DNA of 64,000 nt from the human T2T-CHM13v2.0 reference genome, Homo sapiens: assembly GCF_009914755.1 (NCBI RefSeq), contig NC_060928.1; one strand, 5' to 3'. Positions 30,685-46,934 of this stretch are shown here, piece after piece. A model generated the notes under the pieces. That model had not been told where the DNA came from. It saw nothing but the letters and a program-made list of their open reading frames with translations, and did not search any database. The position numbers and the translations under genes were made by a program. Within the stretch, counting starts at the first letter, position 1. Every line of letters begins with the position of its first letter.

Positions 30685-30968
30685 CGGCTCCCAGAACTCT
30701 GGGATGCTGAGTTGGGTGCAAGTAGACTGCTTGAGCCCAGGAGTATGAGAGCAGCCTGGGCAACATGGTAAACCCTGTCTCCACAAAACATACAAAAATT
30801 ACTGAGGCATGGTGGCACTTGCCTGTAGTCCCACCTACTTCCTACTTGGGAAGCTAAAGTGGGAAGATCACTTGAGCCCAGGAGGTGGAGGCTGCAGTGA
30901 GCTGTGACCGCACTCCAGCTTGGACGACAGAGCAAGACCCTGTCTCAAAAAAAAAAAAGAAAAAAAAA
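30685..30968 (+). mobile_element. AluJ (diverged)
   Basis: TSD gtatcaaataa. Confidence 0.9.
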
Positions 30969-31064
30969 GTATCAAATAAAAACTTAGCCAATTGACACTA
31001 TATTTTAAAAATTATTGTTTCATTTAAAAACACCATTTGTCACACATAGCCTCTGAGAGATGAC

Positions 31065-31492
31065 TCCAGCAATTTTCAAAATATGAACCCTGGGAGTTCC
31101 TGAGACACTTACATGGAGTTTCTAAGATCAAAATTATTTCTATAATACTAAGATGTTACTTATGTTTTTTACTCTGTCTCTTGAGTATACACAAAGTAAA
31201 GTTTTTGTCAGAGTATAGAGCATGTAATATCCTAACAAACTGAATGCAAAAGCAGATATGAGCATCCAACTGTCTTCCTGTAAGCCAGACTTTGTTAATT
31301 GTGTAAACATGTAATTAGCTGTTATTTTTAAATAAATTTAATAAATGAAAACTATTTAAACTTCTCAGCTTTATTTTCTAACAGGGTAAATATCAAGAGA
31401 GATAACCCACATAAGTCAAAGCTTTTTGGGGTCTTCAATAATTTTTAAAAGTTTAAAGAGATCCAGAGAGCAAAACAAATTTAGAATCACTA
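31065..31492 (-). mobile_element. Charlie1-family hAT element
   Basis: ataacccacataa...gctttttggggtcttcaataatttttaa terminal sequence. Confidence 0.7.
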
Positions 31493-32063
31493 AAAATCTT
31501 TGCTCACATTTTTTCCTTAAAATACAGCGTTGGTCATTAAAAGGACTTCAGTAATTTTAAAGCAGAGATTAGAAAAATACTCACTTTAGAATAGCAAGTA
31601 TAAAATGCTTCTGAATTTTCACTGTTATTTTTAAAACCCAATTTTTAGCCATCTTCATTGTTGAGCACAATTGTTATCAGCTGTGTCTCAGAATAGTGTT
31701 CAATACTAACATCTTTCTTTTTTTAAGTAGTAGAACAACTACAGCAGTCCCTGGAGCAAAATTTAAAAATCTAGCTTATAAATACACGTTGAAAAAGAAA
31801 GAAGATCAGTTGTTAGGAAAAGGGAAATGTGACATTATATATGTTTAACATAAAAAGAAATTATAAGAACAGCTTCTAAAACTCATCTTGACTGTACAAA
31901 CCACTAGTTTTAAGTAATTTTTTTTCCTGAGAAGAAATACATAAACTTTAAATAGAACCTCAAGAACGGATTGCCTTGCAGTAATAAATAAATTAGGAGG
32001 AAAACACTTTCAAGAATACATTAAAGACAATTAGAGAACTTACAGTATAAAAACTTAATTACT

Positions 32064-32368
<305 letters not shown>

Positions 32369-34469
32369 TTATTTATGCTGAGAATATGTTAAATGCTTGA
32401 AATATTAAGGCTTTACAGTCAAACAGGAAAGATGATTTCTTATCTTAATTTCTTATGTAGTAGCCCACATTTTCCCCTGTAAATCCCACAGAGTGAATTT
32501 TCAAAGGGGTTCTCCTTGGTTCTGTCCTTAGCCAAACCCCACGTCACCCCATGTCTTCTACAACTCTGGTTCATTCAGTCTATTCAGTCACCCATTCAGT
32601 CATTCAAATATTTACTCAGCACCTACCACATGCTATGCAGGTATGGATAAGGAAGATGCAGCCATACAAAAACGGGCTAAAATCTCTCCTGCCTTCACTG
32701 AACTTTTATATTTCAAGGAGAAGGTACAGAAAAAACAAGAGAAATATTTTTCTAGTAAACGGTGGCAGCAGGTAAGGAGAAAAAATACAAGAGGAAGGAT
32801 GAAATGGCCAGCAAATGCCTCATTTTCTTAATGAAAATGTAAATCGAATTTTTAAAGATTTAAGAACATTTTTTAAATGTTGAAAGAGTGGTGGCAGCAA
32901 AAACGTGGTCAGTGAACAAAATTTGAATTTTTTCAGCATGTGTTAGTTTCTAAAAGAAAAAATATTTTTTAGAATTTTTTTGAATTTTTAAATGAAATTT
33001 TTCAAAACGTGGAGAAAGGAGTATAATGAACCTCTATATATATACTGTCACCTATATTTAACAGGTACTGAAATATTAGCAATATTGCTTTATCTATCTT
33101 TTATTCATTTTTTCCAAGGTATTTTAAAGTAAATTCCAGACATCACGTCATTACTTCCCTCATCCATATACATCATTATGTATCACTAAATAATTTGGCC
33201 ACTGCCTTTCATACTCACAAAGTCACTATACACATTCAAAATAAGTATATTTCCACGATATTAAGTAATACCAGTCAATATTCAAATTCCCCATCTTATT
33301 TTAAAAATGTATTTTCTAGTTAATTTGATCTAAACAGAATCCAAAGAACTACCCTTTGTATATAACTATAGTACTGCTTCTTATATCTCTTTTACTGGAG
33401 AGTAACTCTCTAAGCCCCCCCCCCCTTTTTTTTTTTTTTCCACGCCAATACCTTGCAGAAACCATGTTAGGTGTCTCATATTCTGAAATTGTCTGTGCTT
33501 CTTCACTGTGTCACTTACCTTGTACCCCAGTCTCCAATATTTCCTACAGATAACTTTTTTCTTTTTGTTTTCTTTTGCCTACAAATAACTTTTGATAATG
33601 ACTATTCCAAATTCCAACCTGAATAGAAATACTAGCAATATAGCATCAGACATAGGAGCTCTTCTAACTTCAGAGAAGTACTTTAAGTCTATTGGTAATT
33701 TTCAAACACTGGTTGAACTGAATGCAAAAAAAATTTAACAGGGTGCAATAGCTCTGAAAGGACAGAAGAGGGAACTATAATATTTAGGAATTCCACACTA
33801 AATAGCCCTTTTTAAAAAAAACTAAACACTGACTTTCAACTTGGCAACAGCTAAAAATGTAGTAATAATTACTTTATATATCCTCCTTCCAAAAAACAAA
33901 CAAAAAAACCTAGAATGCAGAAGAAAAAGATATGGAAGATAAGGATAAAGACTGAATGTACAGATATTTGTAAGTTGTATCCACTAATAAATATTAGCCA
34001 TTAACAAGAGCTACCATTTAAAATTATTCTACCAAACAATGCACCTCCACTTTCCAAATTAATAATAAAAAAGCATATATCTAAATAAAACTAATATATG
34101 TGTTTCCTTAAATAACCATTTTAGTTATAAATTAAAATGTGTTTTTAAAAATTATTCTTTTTAAAGAAAAGTCATCAGGAAATCCAGAAATTAAAGGTTT
34201 AAATTACATATCCATTTATTTGAAAGGAAGCTGTAAAAAGACTTTAATAATAATATCTCAAGAATATAGTCCACTAAGATATTTGTTCTAAATACTGATT
34301 TTTTAAATATAAATTTAATTTATAAAAACATAAATCTGTCACTTTAATTAAAACTACTTTATAACAAGTACAGAACAGAACTGCAAATGTATGTATAAAT
34401 GATTGCTGCTATACCCAGGCAACACAGGAGAGTTAGTCACATAACTACAGGACGGAATTCAGGTAAACT

Positions 34470-35187
34470 TTCTGTTACAATCTAAACAAGGATCTCCTTC
34501 ACTTCAGTTTCCAATAACATCTTCCTCATTTCCTTCAAAGCACTCACAAGCAGCAGCACCTTTAATGTTCACATTTCCACCAACAGTCTCTTTATGATGA
34601 TTTAGGTATTCTCTAAGACGATACACATTTTCTCTACTGTGCTCCTCACTTCCTTCTGGGGCATCACCAGCAGAGCCTTTAACATCTGTATTTCTACCAT
34701 CTGTACATTCAAGATAATCTAGGTTTTCTCCATTATGTTCCTCAAAATTCTACCAGCTTCTGCCAATACCCCAATTTCAAAGCCACTTTCACCTTTTTAG
34801 GTATTTGTTACAGCGGCATTCCACTTACAGGCAAAATCTATATGGGCTGTGGTAAGAAATTACTATAAACTTGGTGTAAAGCAACACAAATTTATTATCT
34901 CATGGCCTTAGCTCATGGCCCCTTCCCTTCATCTTCAAAGCACATCATTCCAACCTCTGCTGCAGTCATTCATCTCTTCTGCCCTGATTGGTTTTGCCTC
35001 CTTCTTACAAGGACTCTCTGATTACACTGGGCTCACCTGGACAATCCTGGCTAATCTCCTCATTTCAAAATCTTTAACTTAATCACATATGCAAAGTTTG
35101 TGGAGCCATATCAGGTAACATATATACAGCTTTTGGAAATTAGGATATGGACATCTTTCAGGGGTCATTATTTGGCCTGCCAAAATA
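34470..35187 (-). mobile_element. MLT1 (MaLR) internal fragment plus LTR
   Basis: ccaataacatcttcctcatttcc...gccactttcac...aacacaaatttattatctca...cttaatcacatatgcaaag. Confidence 0.8.
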
Positions 35188-35189
35188 CA

Positions 35190-36520
35190 ACACAAAAAGC
35201 ATGAAATATAAAAGAAAAACTATAAATGTGTATTCATCAAAATAAAAGACTTGAACTTGAGAAGACATGGGTAAAGAAAAAAAGGCAAACCACAAACTGA
35301 AAAAAATCTGCAAGTAATTATCCAAAGGACTAGTATTTAGCACATAGAAAGAACTCTTATAATTCAATAATAAGACAAACAATACAATGAAAAAATTTAG
35401 GCACTGTGGCTCAAGCCTGTAATCCCTGCACTTCTGGAGGCTGAAGTGGAAGGATGGCTTGAGGCCAGAAGTTTGAGACCAGCCTGGGCAACAGTCAGGC
35501 CCTATCTCTTTAAAAAAATCCTTAAAAAAAAAAAAAAAAAAAAAAAAAAACAGCCAAGTGTTGTAGTACACATCTGTAGTCCCAGCTACTCAGGAGGCTG
35601 AGGCAGGGGGATCACTTGAACTCAGGAGTTCAAGGCTGCAGTGAGCTATGATCACACCACTGCACTCCAGCCTAGGAGACAGAGCAAGACTCTTACTCAA
35701 AATAAATAAATCAATAAATCAATAAGCAAAGATTCGAGAAAATACTTCAACAGAAAAAGATGTGAATGGCAAACAAGCATAGGTAAAGATGTTCAACATA
35801 ATTCGCATTTTCCTAATGATTAATGAATGCCACAATAAGACATTATTATACAGCTACTAAAACAAATCAAATTAAAATACTGTCCATACCAAGAATTCTG
35901 AGGATGTGAAGCAACTGGAATGCTCATACACTGCAAGTGGTAATATAAACTGATACAAACCGGAAAAGTTTGGCAGTGTCTTATACAGGTAAACATACAC
36001 CTACTATATGAATCAGCCATTCCACTCATAGCAGAAATAAGAGCACAAGTCCACATAAAAAACCATGCACCAACATTTGTGACCACTTTATTCATAATAG
36101 TCAATAACTGTTAATAACCCAATCCAGCAATAACAGCTAAATGGAAATGGGCAAAAAATAAATTGTACTATATACTAAAAATGAAATACTATTCCCCAGT
36201 TAAAAAAACAAAAACAAAGTTTTGATCATTCATCCAACAATATAGACAAATCTCAAATATATTGAGCTAGGGTTGAAAGAAGTCAGACAAAAGAGGAGAC
36301 ACATTATATGATTCTACCTACATAACATTCAAGAATATACAAACTGACCTACAGTAACAGAAAGCAAATCAGTGGTTGCCTGCGAAGTGGGGAGTGAAGA
36401 GATTACAAAGAGGCTTTTAAGGGTGATGTATATATTCACTGGATATATACATTGTGGTGATGGTTTCATGAGTGCACATATACGTCAAAACTCAACAAAT
36501 TATGCATTAATTAGAACTCA
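35190..36520 (+). mobile_element. Old L1 (ORF2 end/3' UTR) interrupted by AluJ
   Basis: aaagaactcttataattcaataataagacaaac...gaggatgtgaagcaactggaatgctcatac. Confidence 0.8.
35398..35724 (+). mobile_element. AluJ with expanded middle A tract
   Basis: caaggctgcagtgagctatgat is AluJ-diagnostic. Confidence 0.92.
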
Positions 36521-36522
36521 AT

Positions 36523-36872
<350 letters not shown>

Positions 36873-37159
36873 TTAAAATGGAGCAGAGAAATTAAAATCT
36901 GAAAACAACTTCTCTAGTAGAATCCTAACAAACAGTCTGGAGACAAAGTAAAGAATCTCAAAGACAGCTCAAAAGATAAAAGATGTTACACTGATACTGT
37001 GGAATTTAAGAAAGATTTCTGGATAGAAGGTAAGAAAAAGGGTAGTGGTACTCAGTTTCCAATTCATTTCTCTTCTACTCATATCTTCCCCACCCCTACT
37101 AAAAAAAAAAAAAGTTACTTCAGGAAATTCTTTTAATTTGATGTTTACAATATACTTTC

Positions 37160-37481
<322 letters not shown>

Positions 37482-38765
37482 TAAAATATACTTTCTAAAC
37501 AGGTTGACATAGTGGTCAAAAAGAAACTATACTAGTGATGGAGCACATCTATTTTCATCTTTTAAGAGCATCTAACAAATTTTTCACTTGCCCTTTACAT
37601 TCCTAACTCTCAAGAGGTAGAAGATACGCATCATCTCAGTCAATTAAAAAGAATGATCCAGATATACATCATCCAGCATTATTAAGAAGCCAACACATCT
37701 AGGCTCTAGGTCAGACATGTCTTAGCAGCCAATATTGTATCAGACAAACCACCATTTCACATACATCCATTTGCACATTTAAAAATGAGAGCACAGTTAA
37801 CATCATGCTGGATTGTTACCACAGTCCCATATCTACCTTTCAGAGAATCAAACAGTATGACACACATAAAATTCCTTTGTAAATCAGCTCTATTAAGAGT
37901 GAACTAACTTACTTCTAACTGGGAAAAAGAGCTTGCAGTATGGACACAAGAAACCAGGCAGGAAAGAAAGGGAGGTGGGGGTAGGATCTTGCAATGAAGA
38001 ACAAACCCAGCTATGTTCAGCTTGCTATGCCACTTCTATGGGCCACAGGAAAGTTTCACAATAAGAGATAAATAAACAATTCAATTTTTTCCACTTTATA
38101 GCACAACTGAAAGCAAAACCAATACAGCCCTAACACAGGTTGACAACCACAACTGTTCCCCAACTGATATAACTTGTAGAAATTAGGATCTAGCTACTTC
38201 CTCTCTGTATATTCACTCCAAGATGCAGTGAAATGGCCCCCTAGGAGAGGTGAGGAGCCCTGCCTAGAAAAGTGGTGTTCTCTACTGTCTAAGTTACTAC
38301 CCAAAACAGTACAGCTGGTTCAGACTATAACTGCAGCATGACTTTACTACCGACACCAGCATTCAATCTACCACAAGTGCTACAAAATATTTAAACCAGA
38401 AGGATGACATCATTATCATCATATTTTCAAAACCATCAGCACTTCACTTTTTCCAATCAAGCTAATTCAATAAAACAGAGTACCCATTTTTACACTAGCT
38501 TCCACCTAGTAAACCAGATTTCATCACTACTCCATCTCTTTGGAGCAAATAAGATACTACAGTATCATAGCCAAATCAGCTACAACAGTAGCCATACTGT
38601 TGTATGTATACATACACAGAGCAAACTCAATAGTCATTCCAAGACTCTTTATAGACAGCAATTAATTCATACACCCAGGTGATCAATGGAGAGTCACATC
38701 ACAGGCAGACTGCCCTTATATTCATACAGCAGCGACTCCAAACCAAGGGGTAGGGCAGGAAGTAC

Positions 38766-39080
38766 ACTAGTCCCCCACTTATCCACAGAGCATATGTTCC
38801 AGACCCCCCAGTGGATGCTTGAAACCACAGATAGAACCAAACTCTATATATACTATGTCTTTTCCTATACATATATACTTATTAGTTTAATCTGTAAATT
38901 GGGCAAAGTAAAAGATTAACAACAACAATAATAAAAAAGAACAATTATACTGTAATAAAGTTATATGAATGTGGTCTCTCAAAACATCTTATTGTGCTAT
39001 AATCACCTATTTTCAGACCATGGATGACCACAGATAACCAAAATTGTGGAAAGCAAAACTGTGGATAAGGGGGACTACTA
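38766..39080 (+). mobile_element. MER44A (Tigger7 MITE)
   Basis: TIRs tagtccccc(a)cttatccacag / ctgtggataagggggacta. Confidence 0.88.
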
Positions 39081-39315
39081 TATATGAAATACAGAATAGC
39101 CAAATTCATAAAGACAGAAAGTAGATTAGACACTGCCAGAGACTCGGGGAAGGGAAATGGGAAATTACTGCTTAGTAGGTACAGAGTTTCTGTTTGGAAT
39201 GATAGAAAAGTTCTGGAAAAAGTAGTAATGAACGAACAACACTGTGAATGCAACTGTGCCACCAAATTGTACAGCTAAAATGGCAAATTTTATTTTGTAC
39301 ATATTTTACCACATT
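39081..39315 (+). mobile_element. L1MB-type 3' end
   Basis: aaattcataaagacagaaagtagattag...tacagagtttctgtttggaatgatagaaaagttctgga. Confidence 0.85.
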
Positions 39316-40161
39316 TTTAAGTTTTTTAGAAACCTATTATACATTACTAAAATTAAACAATAACCTTAATGAGATATACCATGTTCATAAGTTAGAAGAC
39401 TATTAACACGTTAATTTGTATGTCATTACATATTAAAAATTGTACAATATGTAAATTCCCAAACTCCATTATAAACCCAACAATACAGCATCATAATTTT
39501 TGCTTCAAGTCACAGGTACTTGTTTTTAAAATAAGGAAAAATATAGTTTATAAAAATTAGAGTAAATTATGTATTTACTAGTTTTGATGTTGATTTCCTC
39601 CTGTAGATGGTACTTGCCATCTGGTGCCATTTCCCTTGAAATTGATTCCTTTAGAAATGCTTGCAATGGTGGCTGGCTGGTGAAAATTTCCCAGTTTTGG
39701 TTTATCTGAACATGTATTTATTTTACCTTCACTTCTAGCTGAACACAGAATTCTTATTTGATAGCTTTTTGCCTTTCAGCTGAATATACCATATCCATGG
39801 CTAGAGGTCGCCATTGTTTCTGGTAAGATATTTCTGGCTACTTTCAAGAAATTCTCTGGTATTGAGCAATTTGACCACTTATGTGCTAACATCTGTTTTT
39901 TTGTGTGTGTTTATCCTGCTTGAAGTTTGCTGAGCTTCCTGGATATGTAAATTGATACTTTCCACCAAAGTTGTGGGGGTTTTCAGCCATTATTTATTCC
40001 CCATCTGAGACTCCATTTAGATGCATGTTCAAACATTGTATTACCCCAAAGGTCTCTCAAACTCTGCTTATTTTTCTCCATTCTTTCTCTTTCAAATAGA
40101 TGACTTTTATTAATCTATCTTTAACTGATTCTTTTGCCATCTCCAAACAACTGTTTTGCTT

Positions 40162-40445
40162 GGCCGAGCACAGTGGCTCACGCCTGTAATCAAAGTACTT
40201 TGGGAGGCCAAGGTAGGCAGATCACCTGAGGTCGGGAGGGAGTTCAAGACCAGCCTGGCCAACATGGTGAGACCCTGTCTCTACTAAAAATACAAAAATT
40301 AGCCAGACATGTTGGTGCATGTCTGTAATCCCAGCTACTCAGGAGGCGGAGGTTGTGGTGAGCCGAGATCGCACCACTGCACTCCAGCCTGGGCGACGGA
40401 GCAAGACTCCACCACAAAATAAAATAAAATAAAATATAATATAAA
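40162..40445 (+). mobile_element. AluS with an internal right-arm deletion
   Basis: ctactcaggaggcggaggttg skips about 30 nt between ggaggc repeats. Confidence 0.92.
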
Positions 40446-40990
40446 AATTTCATTCCAGTTACTGATCTCAACCCTAAAATTCTCTTTTGCTTCTTCTTTA
40501 CAGTATCTGTTTCTCTGTTTTGATCTCCTATCTATTCACTGAACAAGACTTTATTGTTTTTTATTGGCATTATTTTTTATTGCTGTACTGTAAATTTTAT
40601 TATGTTTTTTCCCAACTATTTTTGATCCACGGTTGGTTGAATCTGCAAATGCAGAAACATGGAAACAGAGGGGTGACTGTATTTTTCTTTAATCCTTTGA
40701 ACATAGGACTCCTTAAATTCTTCTGATTATATTTAGGGCTATTTTAAAGTCCTTGCTTGCTAAATCCAATATCTGGCTATACTTGGGGTTAATTTCTATT
40801 GAATGATTTTCTTTACCTGAAAATGAGTCATATTTCCACTTTATTTGCATATCTAATAATTTTTAGTTGAAAATACACATTGTAAATAGCAAGTTATAGC
40901 AACCAGATTTTGTCGCAATCTTTCAAAGGACCATTTGGTTTTCATGTTGTATGATTCTAATGGGCTCGTATGGACTCAAACTGCAAACTT

Positions 40991-41195
40991 CAGTAAGTCC
41001 TCACTTAATACCATCGATAGGTCTTGGAAACAGCAACTTGAAGCAAAACACAAACAGCAAGGTCCTTGAATACTGTCGTTTCCTTTAACACTGCTTTGTT
41101 ATACAACTGATGAGAAAAAAATGTTCTGTTATACGTTGTTTCAGTTAAAGTCAGATTCCAAGAACCTATCAATAATGTTAAGTGAGGACTTACTG
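40991..41195. mobile_element. MER6-like Tigger MITE
   Basis: Perfect 18-bp TIR cagtaagtcctcacttaa / ttaagtgaggacttactg. Confidence 0.85.
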
Positions 41196-42008
41196 TGTGT
41201 CTCCCTTATAGTAAGCAACAATGATTTTGCTTAGTTCTTTCACCTTCCAGCTGCTTCCTTCTTCTAACCTGATGCCCAGGGCATCCCCTCTGCACCTGGG
41301 TAGTCTGGTGGTCAGTGAAGGAAATGGGCAGAGATTATACTGAGATGTGTGGCCTACATCCTCTGATGTTATCTTGCTTTCAGTGTTTGTTCCCTAAATT
41401 TTAACTCTTCTGTCAACAATATGTTCTGTGCTCTGATACCTCAAGCCAGCTGTTGGCCACGCAAATTGCATGCAAGTTGAGAAATGTACTGTCAAAAAAA
41501 GAAGCAATCACAAATCTCACAGGGTTCAATTCTTTCAGGAGCAGATTCCGCTCTTGTTTCTGCCTGTTTTTACACTGGGTCCCCTGGGGTCTCCCCTATG
41601 CATGTATAGTTTCGTGATTAGCCATGATTTGGACAGAGTTTACACTCAGATTTTGGATCTTACTTATTGCTTCCATGATTCCCCTGAGTAAATTTCCAAC
41701 TGCCAGGCTACCCGTAACTTCTTTCCTATGCCACTGAAAGACAGGAGGCGAAAATGCACCATAAGGCAAGAAAGCCACAAACATACAATTACACATTGCA
41801 GTTGGAGGCTCTCATCTGGCTTTGCTTTTTTGGTTACTTTCCATGGCTTTTAAAACAGTTAAAGTTTTTCTTTCAATATTTTGTCCAGATCTTATAATTG
41901 TTAGCTGAAAGATGGTTCACTCAACCACTTCACTAGCATCACTGCATTCTTAAAAGAAGAATCTCGAAATTCTAATTAATGAAAAATTTCTCACATCCTT
42001 GATTTCTA

Positions 42009-42463
<455 letters not shown>

Positions 42464-42754
42464 AGAATGTTTTCTGTGAAAACTAGGAAACATGTCACCA
42501 GAAACTTCGTTGTAAGTTTAAACTCCACCATTACCCACAAAACCATAAGGAAATCACAATCTCTGTGATTTTTATTTCCACCATCTGCAGACAAAAATGT
42601 CATCTTCCTCATTAGTCAAACTTAGGACCAAAATATGACAACTAATATTAACAAGTGTAGACAAGAAGTGGTCAGAGATATTACAGGGCTTGTGACATGA
42701 GAATAGGTGGACAGTTAAAACCATTATCTTAAGAAAAAAAAAGACAGATAAGGA

Positions 42755-43520
42755 GTTAGTTCATGATTCAAAAAGCATTTACTTAGTTCCAACCATATAG
42801 CAAGCATTGTACAAGACAAACTTTCCACTGGGAAATAACAATTTTGGGGTGCTAAGGACCTGGCGACTGAGAAAGTGGTAAAACAGGTCACTAAGAAAAA
42901 TGTGGTATTTCTGAGTCATCAAATTTGTGATAATCTACATAATGAACACGAGACCATCTCCTCAAAATGATGTGTAATGAAAAAGAGCTAAGAGCAAAGC
43001 TTCAACCCAATTTATATATAAGTGGTATATAAAAGAAGAAAGCAGTAACAAAGAAAACAAACATTTAGCCAGAGAGAGGAGAAAAACCATTAAGGTTTAT
43101 TACAGAAGACAAAGGAGAAGTGAATGTTAAGCAGCAAAAAAACAAATGCTAAAAAAGACAGGAATGGATGAAAAGTGAAAAGACAAAGATTTAGCCATTT
43201 GGAACTCAGTTTTATCTTGGAAATAATAGCATGTTTACGGCCAGATCCGTCCAGCTAATGTTTATCTACCTAGTTAAGTAAGAAATGTGTTTACTTACAC
43301 TTAAGAAAGCTGAACACTAGTAGAAATAATAGTCAAACTTCAGAAAGTAATTGAGTAAGAGTTGAGAAATTGGAGACACCTAGAATGGACTATAACAACC
43401 TTGGAGATAATGGGAAGGAAGTAACGTACTTTTCAAGATTAAGTCTGATAAGGCAGAGAACCCAGCATGGAGCATTAAGAGGAAGAAAAATAGTAGAGGA
43501 AAGAAGGGCTAAGATTAAAA
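42755..43520 (+). mobile_element. L2 remnant
   Basis: Purine-rich degenerate antisense-L2-like sequence (tgagtcatc...gatttagccatttggaactca). Confidence 0.45.
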
Positions 43521-44685
43521 ACAGAGATAATAAGCTTTTGAAATGAAAACACTTTATTCTTTAAGACAGACTGAGGAAAAAGGGTATAAAATATGAAATG
43601 AAAAAGGAATAAGAGAACTAGGGATAGGACTGTTCATTTGAGCACAGTAGAATGGTTCCAAATAACTAACATGCAGAATGAAACAGATCAAAAAGATAAA
43701 AATTACCAGGAAGGAACCTGCATAAACTAGGAAGGGAAAATGTTAATTTGTACTAGAAACCTCTCAAGGCAGGAAACTGATGAAACTCTAGCAACGCTAG
43801 GCAGCACATGAAGAGGAAACAAAAGCAGAAGAAATGAACAGTTGTAATTAATTAAAATGACAGACTAGAAATTGTGTGAAGACAGTTAAAGAGATTTTGG
43901 AAATCTCAGGTATTCAAAATAATAAAGTCAAGACGTCTATGTATGTGGCTTAATCTGGATTAAGTTTTTCATTAAAGAAGTAAATATTGAAAAAAGCTTT
44001 TAAGAAATATTCTCTGCAATGATGTGATTACTGCAATAACTTTATTGGAAGAAAAAGGGGTCAGTATTACTGTTCAATGATTTGCAGACATTTGTGCAAA
44101 AACAGTATTGGCAATTAGAATAATCCAAGTCCAGTTGAGCCTTTCTGAGTAAGATTAGTAATCAAAGATCCATCTAATGAAGAACAATTTAATTGTTCTA
44201 TTCATATAACCAGAACCAGTATCTCCAAGGTGTATTATTGGTCAGCAGAGCAGCAAAGCAGGACATGACCTGAGAAGCTGTGCTACCTATTATATATGGA
44301 AGCGACTATAGACTCTAGTGACAAATTAGTGGTTTAAAGGGTACTTACCTTCAAGGAAAAAAAAAAGTCTCTACTGACATCAAAACCTTATTTAAAATAT
44401 AAATACTTAAAGAAAATTAATGTATACTCAATTATTATGATAGTAAGCACACAGAACAAGAGAAGGGAAGAGGAAAGAATCGGATATAAAAGCTATTTTG
44501 CCTTAATTCAGCCATAAATAGGTCACCAAAATCCTCTTAATTACCACATTTGATATAAACAATTGGAGGTAGCTCTCAATTATGTCTTTTCCTTACTGTC
44601 ATCACAATTGAAAATTTAACAACATCATTAATAAGTTTTTCATTTCCTTTTCCATTGCTAAATTTCCATGAATACTATAACATAA

Positions 44686-45041
<356 letters not shown>

Positions 45042-45435
45042 CTAATAGCCACTCAAGTGACTGTTAGCCAATGAACACCATGATTTTAAATCAACTAACA
45101 AGAATATCAGTGATCCTAGCACTATAAAATCTCATCAAAATAGGCCGTTATTTGAAGTTGACAAAGAATACTGTCAAATAACATGAAAGGTAAGAATAGT
45201 CAATTCCCCTAATAAAAACACATCTAGCGCATTTATATTACAACCTCAACCTTACACAGAAAGCTAATGCTTTGAAGACAAGTGACATTCCACTGTTACA
45301 CACCATTTCTCCAGAAACTAAACTAGACAACATTATAGGTCAAAATACATGAAATACACCTTCAACTGATCACATAACGTCACATAACGATAAAAAATAA
45401 GGAACTAAATTGGTACCTTAAAAATTAAAGACACT

Positions 45436-45730
<295 letters not shown>

Positions 45731-45821
45731 ATTAAAGACATTTACTTAATAGAGGAAAAACTTACATATTCCATACATAAGTTTACAAAAACACCAAAAT
45801 ATCATTGCTTAAAAATAATCT

Positions 45822-46198
<377 letters not shown>

Positions 46199-46267
46199 TT
46201 AGTCTAAAAAGCAATGGTTTCTTAAACTATGAAATAAAATATGCAGTAATTGTCATAATAAACTATT

Positions 46268-46633
46268 GATATGGTTTGGCTGTGTCCAAACCCAAATCTC
46301 ATCTTGAATTGCAGTTCTCACAATCCCCAAGTGTTGTGGTGGGACCCAGTGCAAGGTAATCGAATCATGGGGATGATGACCTCCATGCTGTTCTCATAAT
46401 AGTGACTGAGTTCCCACAAGATCTGATGGTTTTATAAGGGGCTTTTCCCCCGATTCACTCTGCACTTCTCCTTGCTGTCACCATGTGTTTGGTTCCTCTT
46501 CTGCCACAACTGTAAGATTCCTGAGGCCTCTCCAGCCCTGAGGAACTGTGAGTCAATTAAGCCTCTTTCCTTTATAAACTACCCAGTCTTGGGTATATGT
46601 CTTTATCAGCAGCGTGAGAACGGACTAATAACA
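46268..46633 (+). mobile_element. THE1 (MaLR) solo LTR
   Basis: tgatatggtttggctgtgtcc...gtgagaacggactaata(a)ca; flanking ctatt repeat. Confidence 0.92.
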
Positions 46634-46934
46634 TCTATTAAGGATGGCCCCTCCCTTCTTCAATCCAAAAAAAACTAAACATAAATTCACAAGACTAATA
46701 TCAATAAACATATCACACACAGCTAATATTTTCACAGTAACACATGGGATCAAAACGTAAGGTTTTGCTTAAAACAATTAGCTGAGGAACTGAAGCACAA
46801 ATACAAGGATAATTGCCTCCTTTGGGCTTTGACTGTCAAACACAAGAAATGCCAATGCTTTTTCGTAGTCCTATGACGATTAAAACTTTGTCATAGACCC
46901 AGGCTATCAGTGAGTATTTATTTAAAAACAAATC

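Larger units (their letters stand above)
39400..41910 (-). mobile_element. Old L1 5'/ORF1-ORF2 remnants with nested Alu and MITEs
   Basis: T-rich degenerate L1 antisense (gtttgctgagcttcctggat, tgctaaatccaatatctgg). Confidence 0.65.

Noticed and set aside
38234-38248. CTCF-like tggccccctaggag
   Set aside because: Several mismatches in the core.
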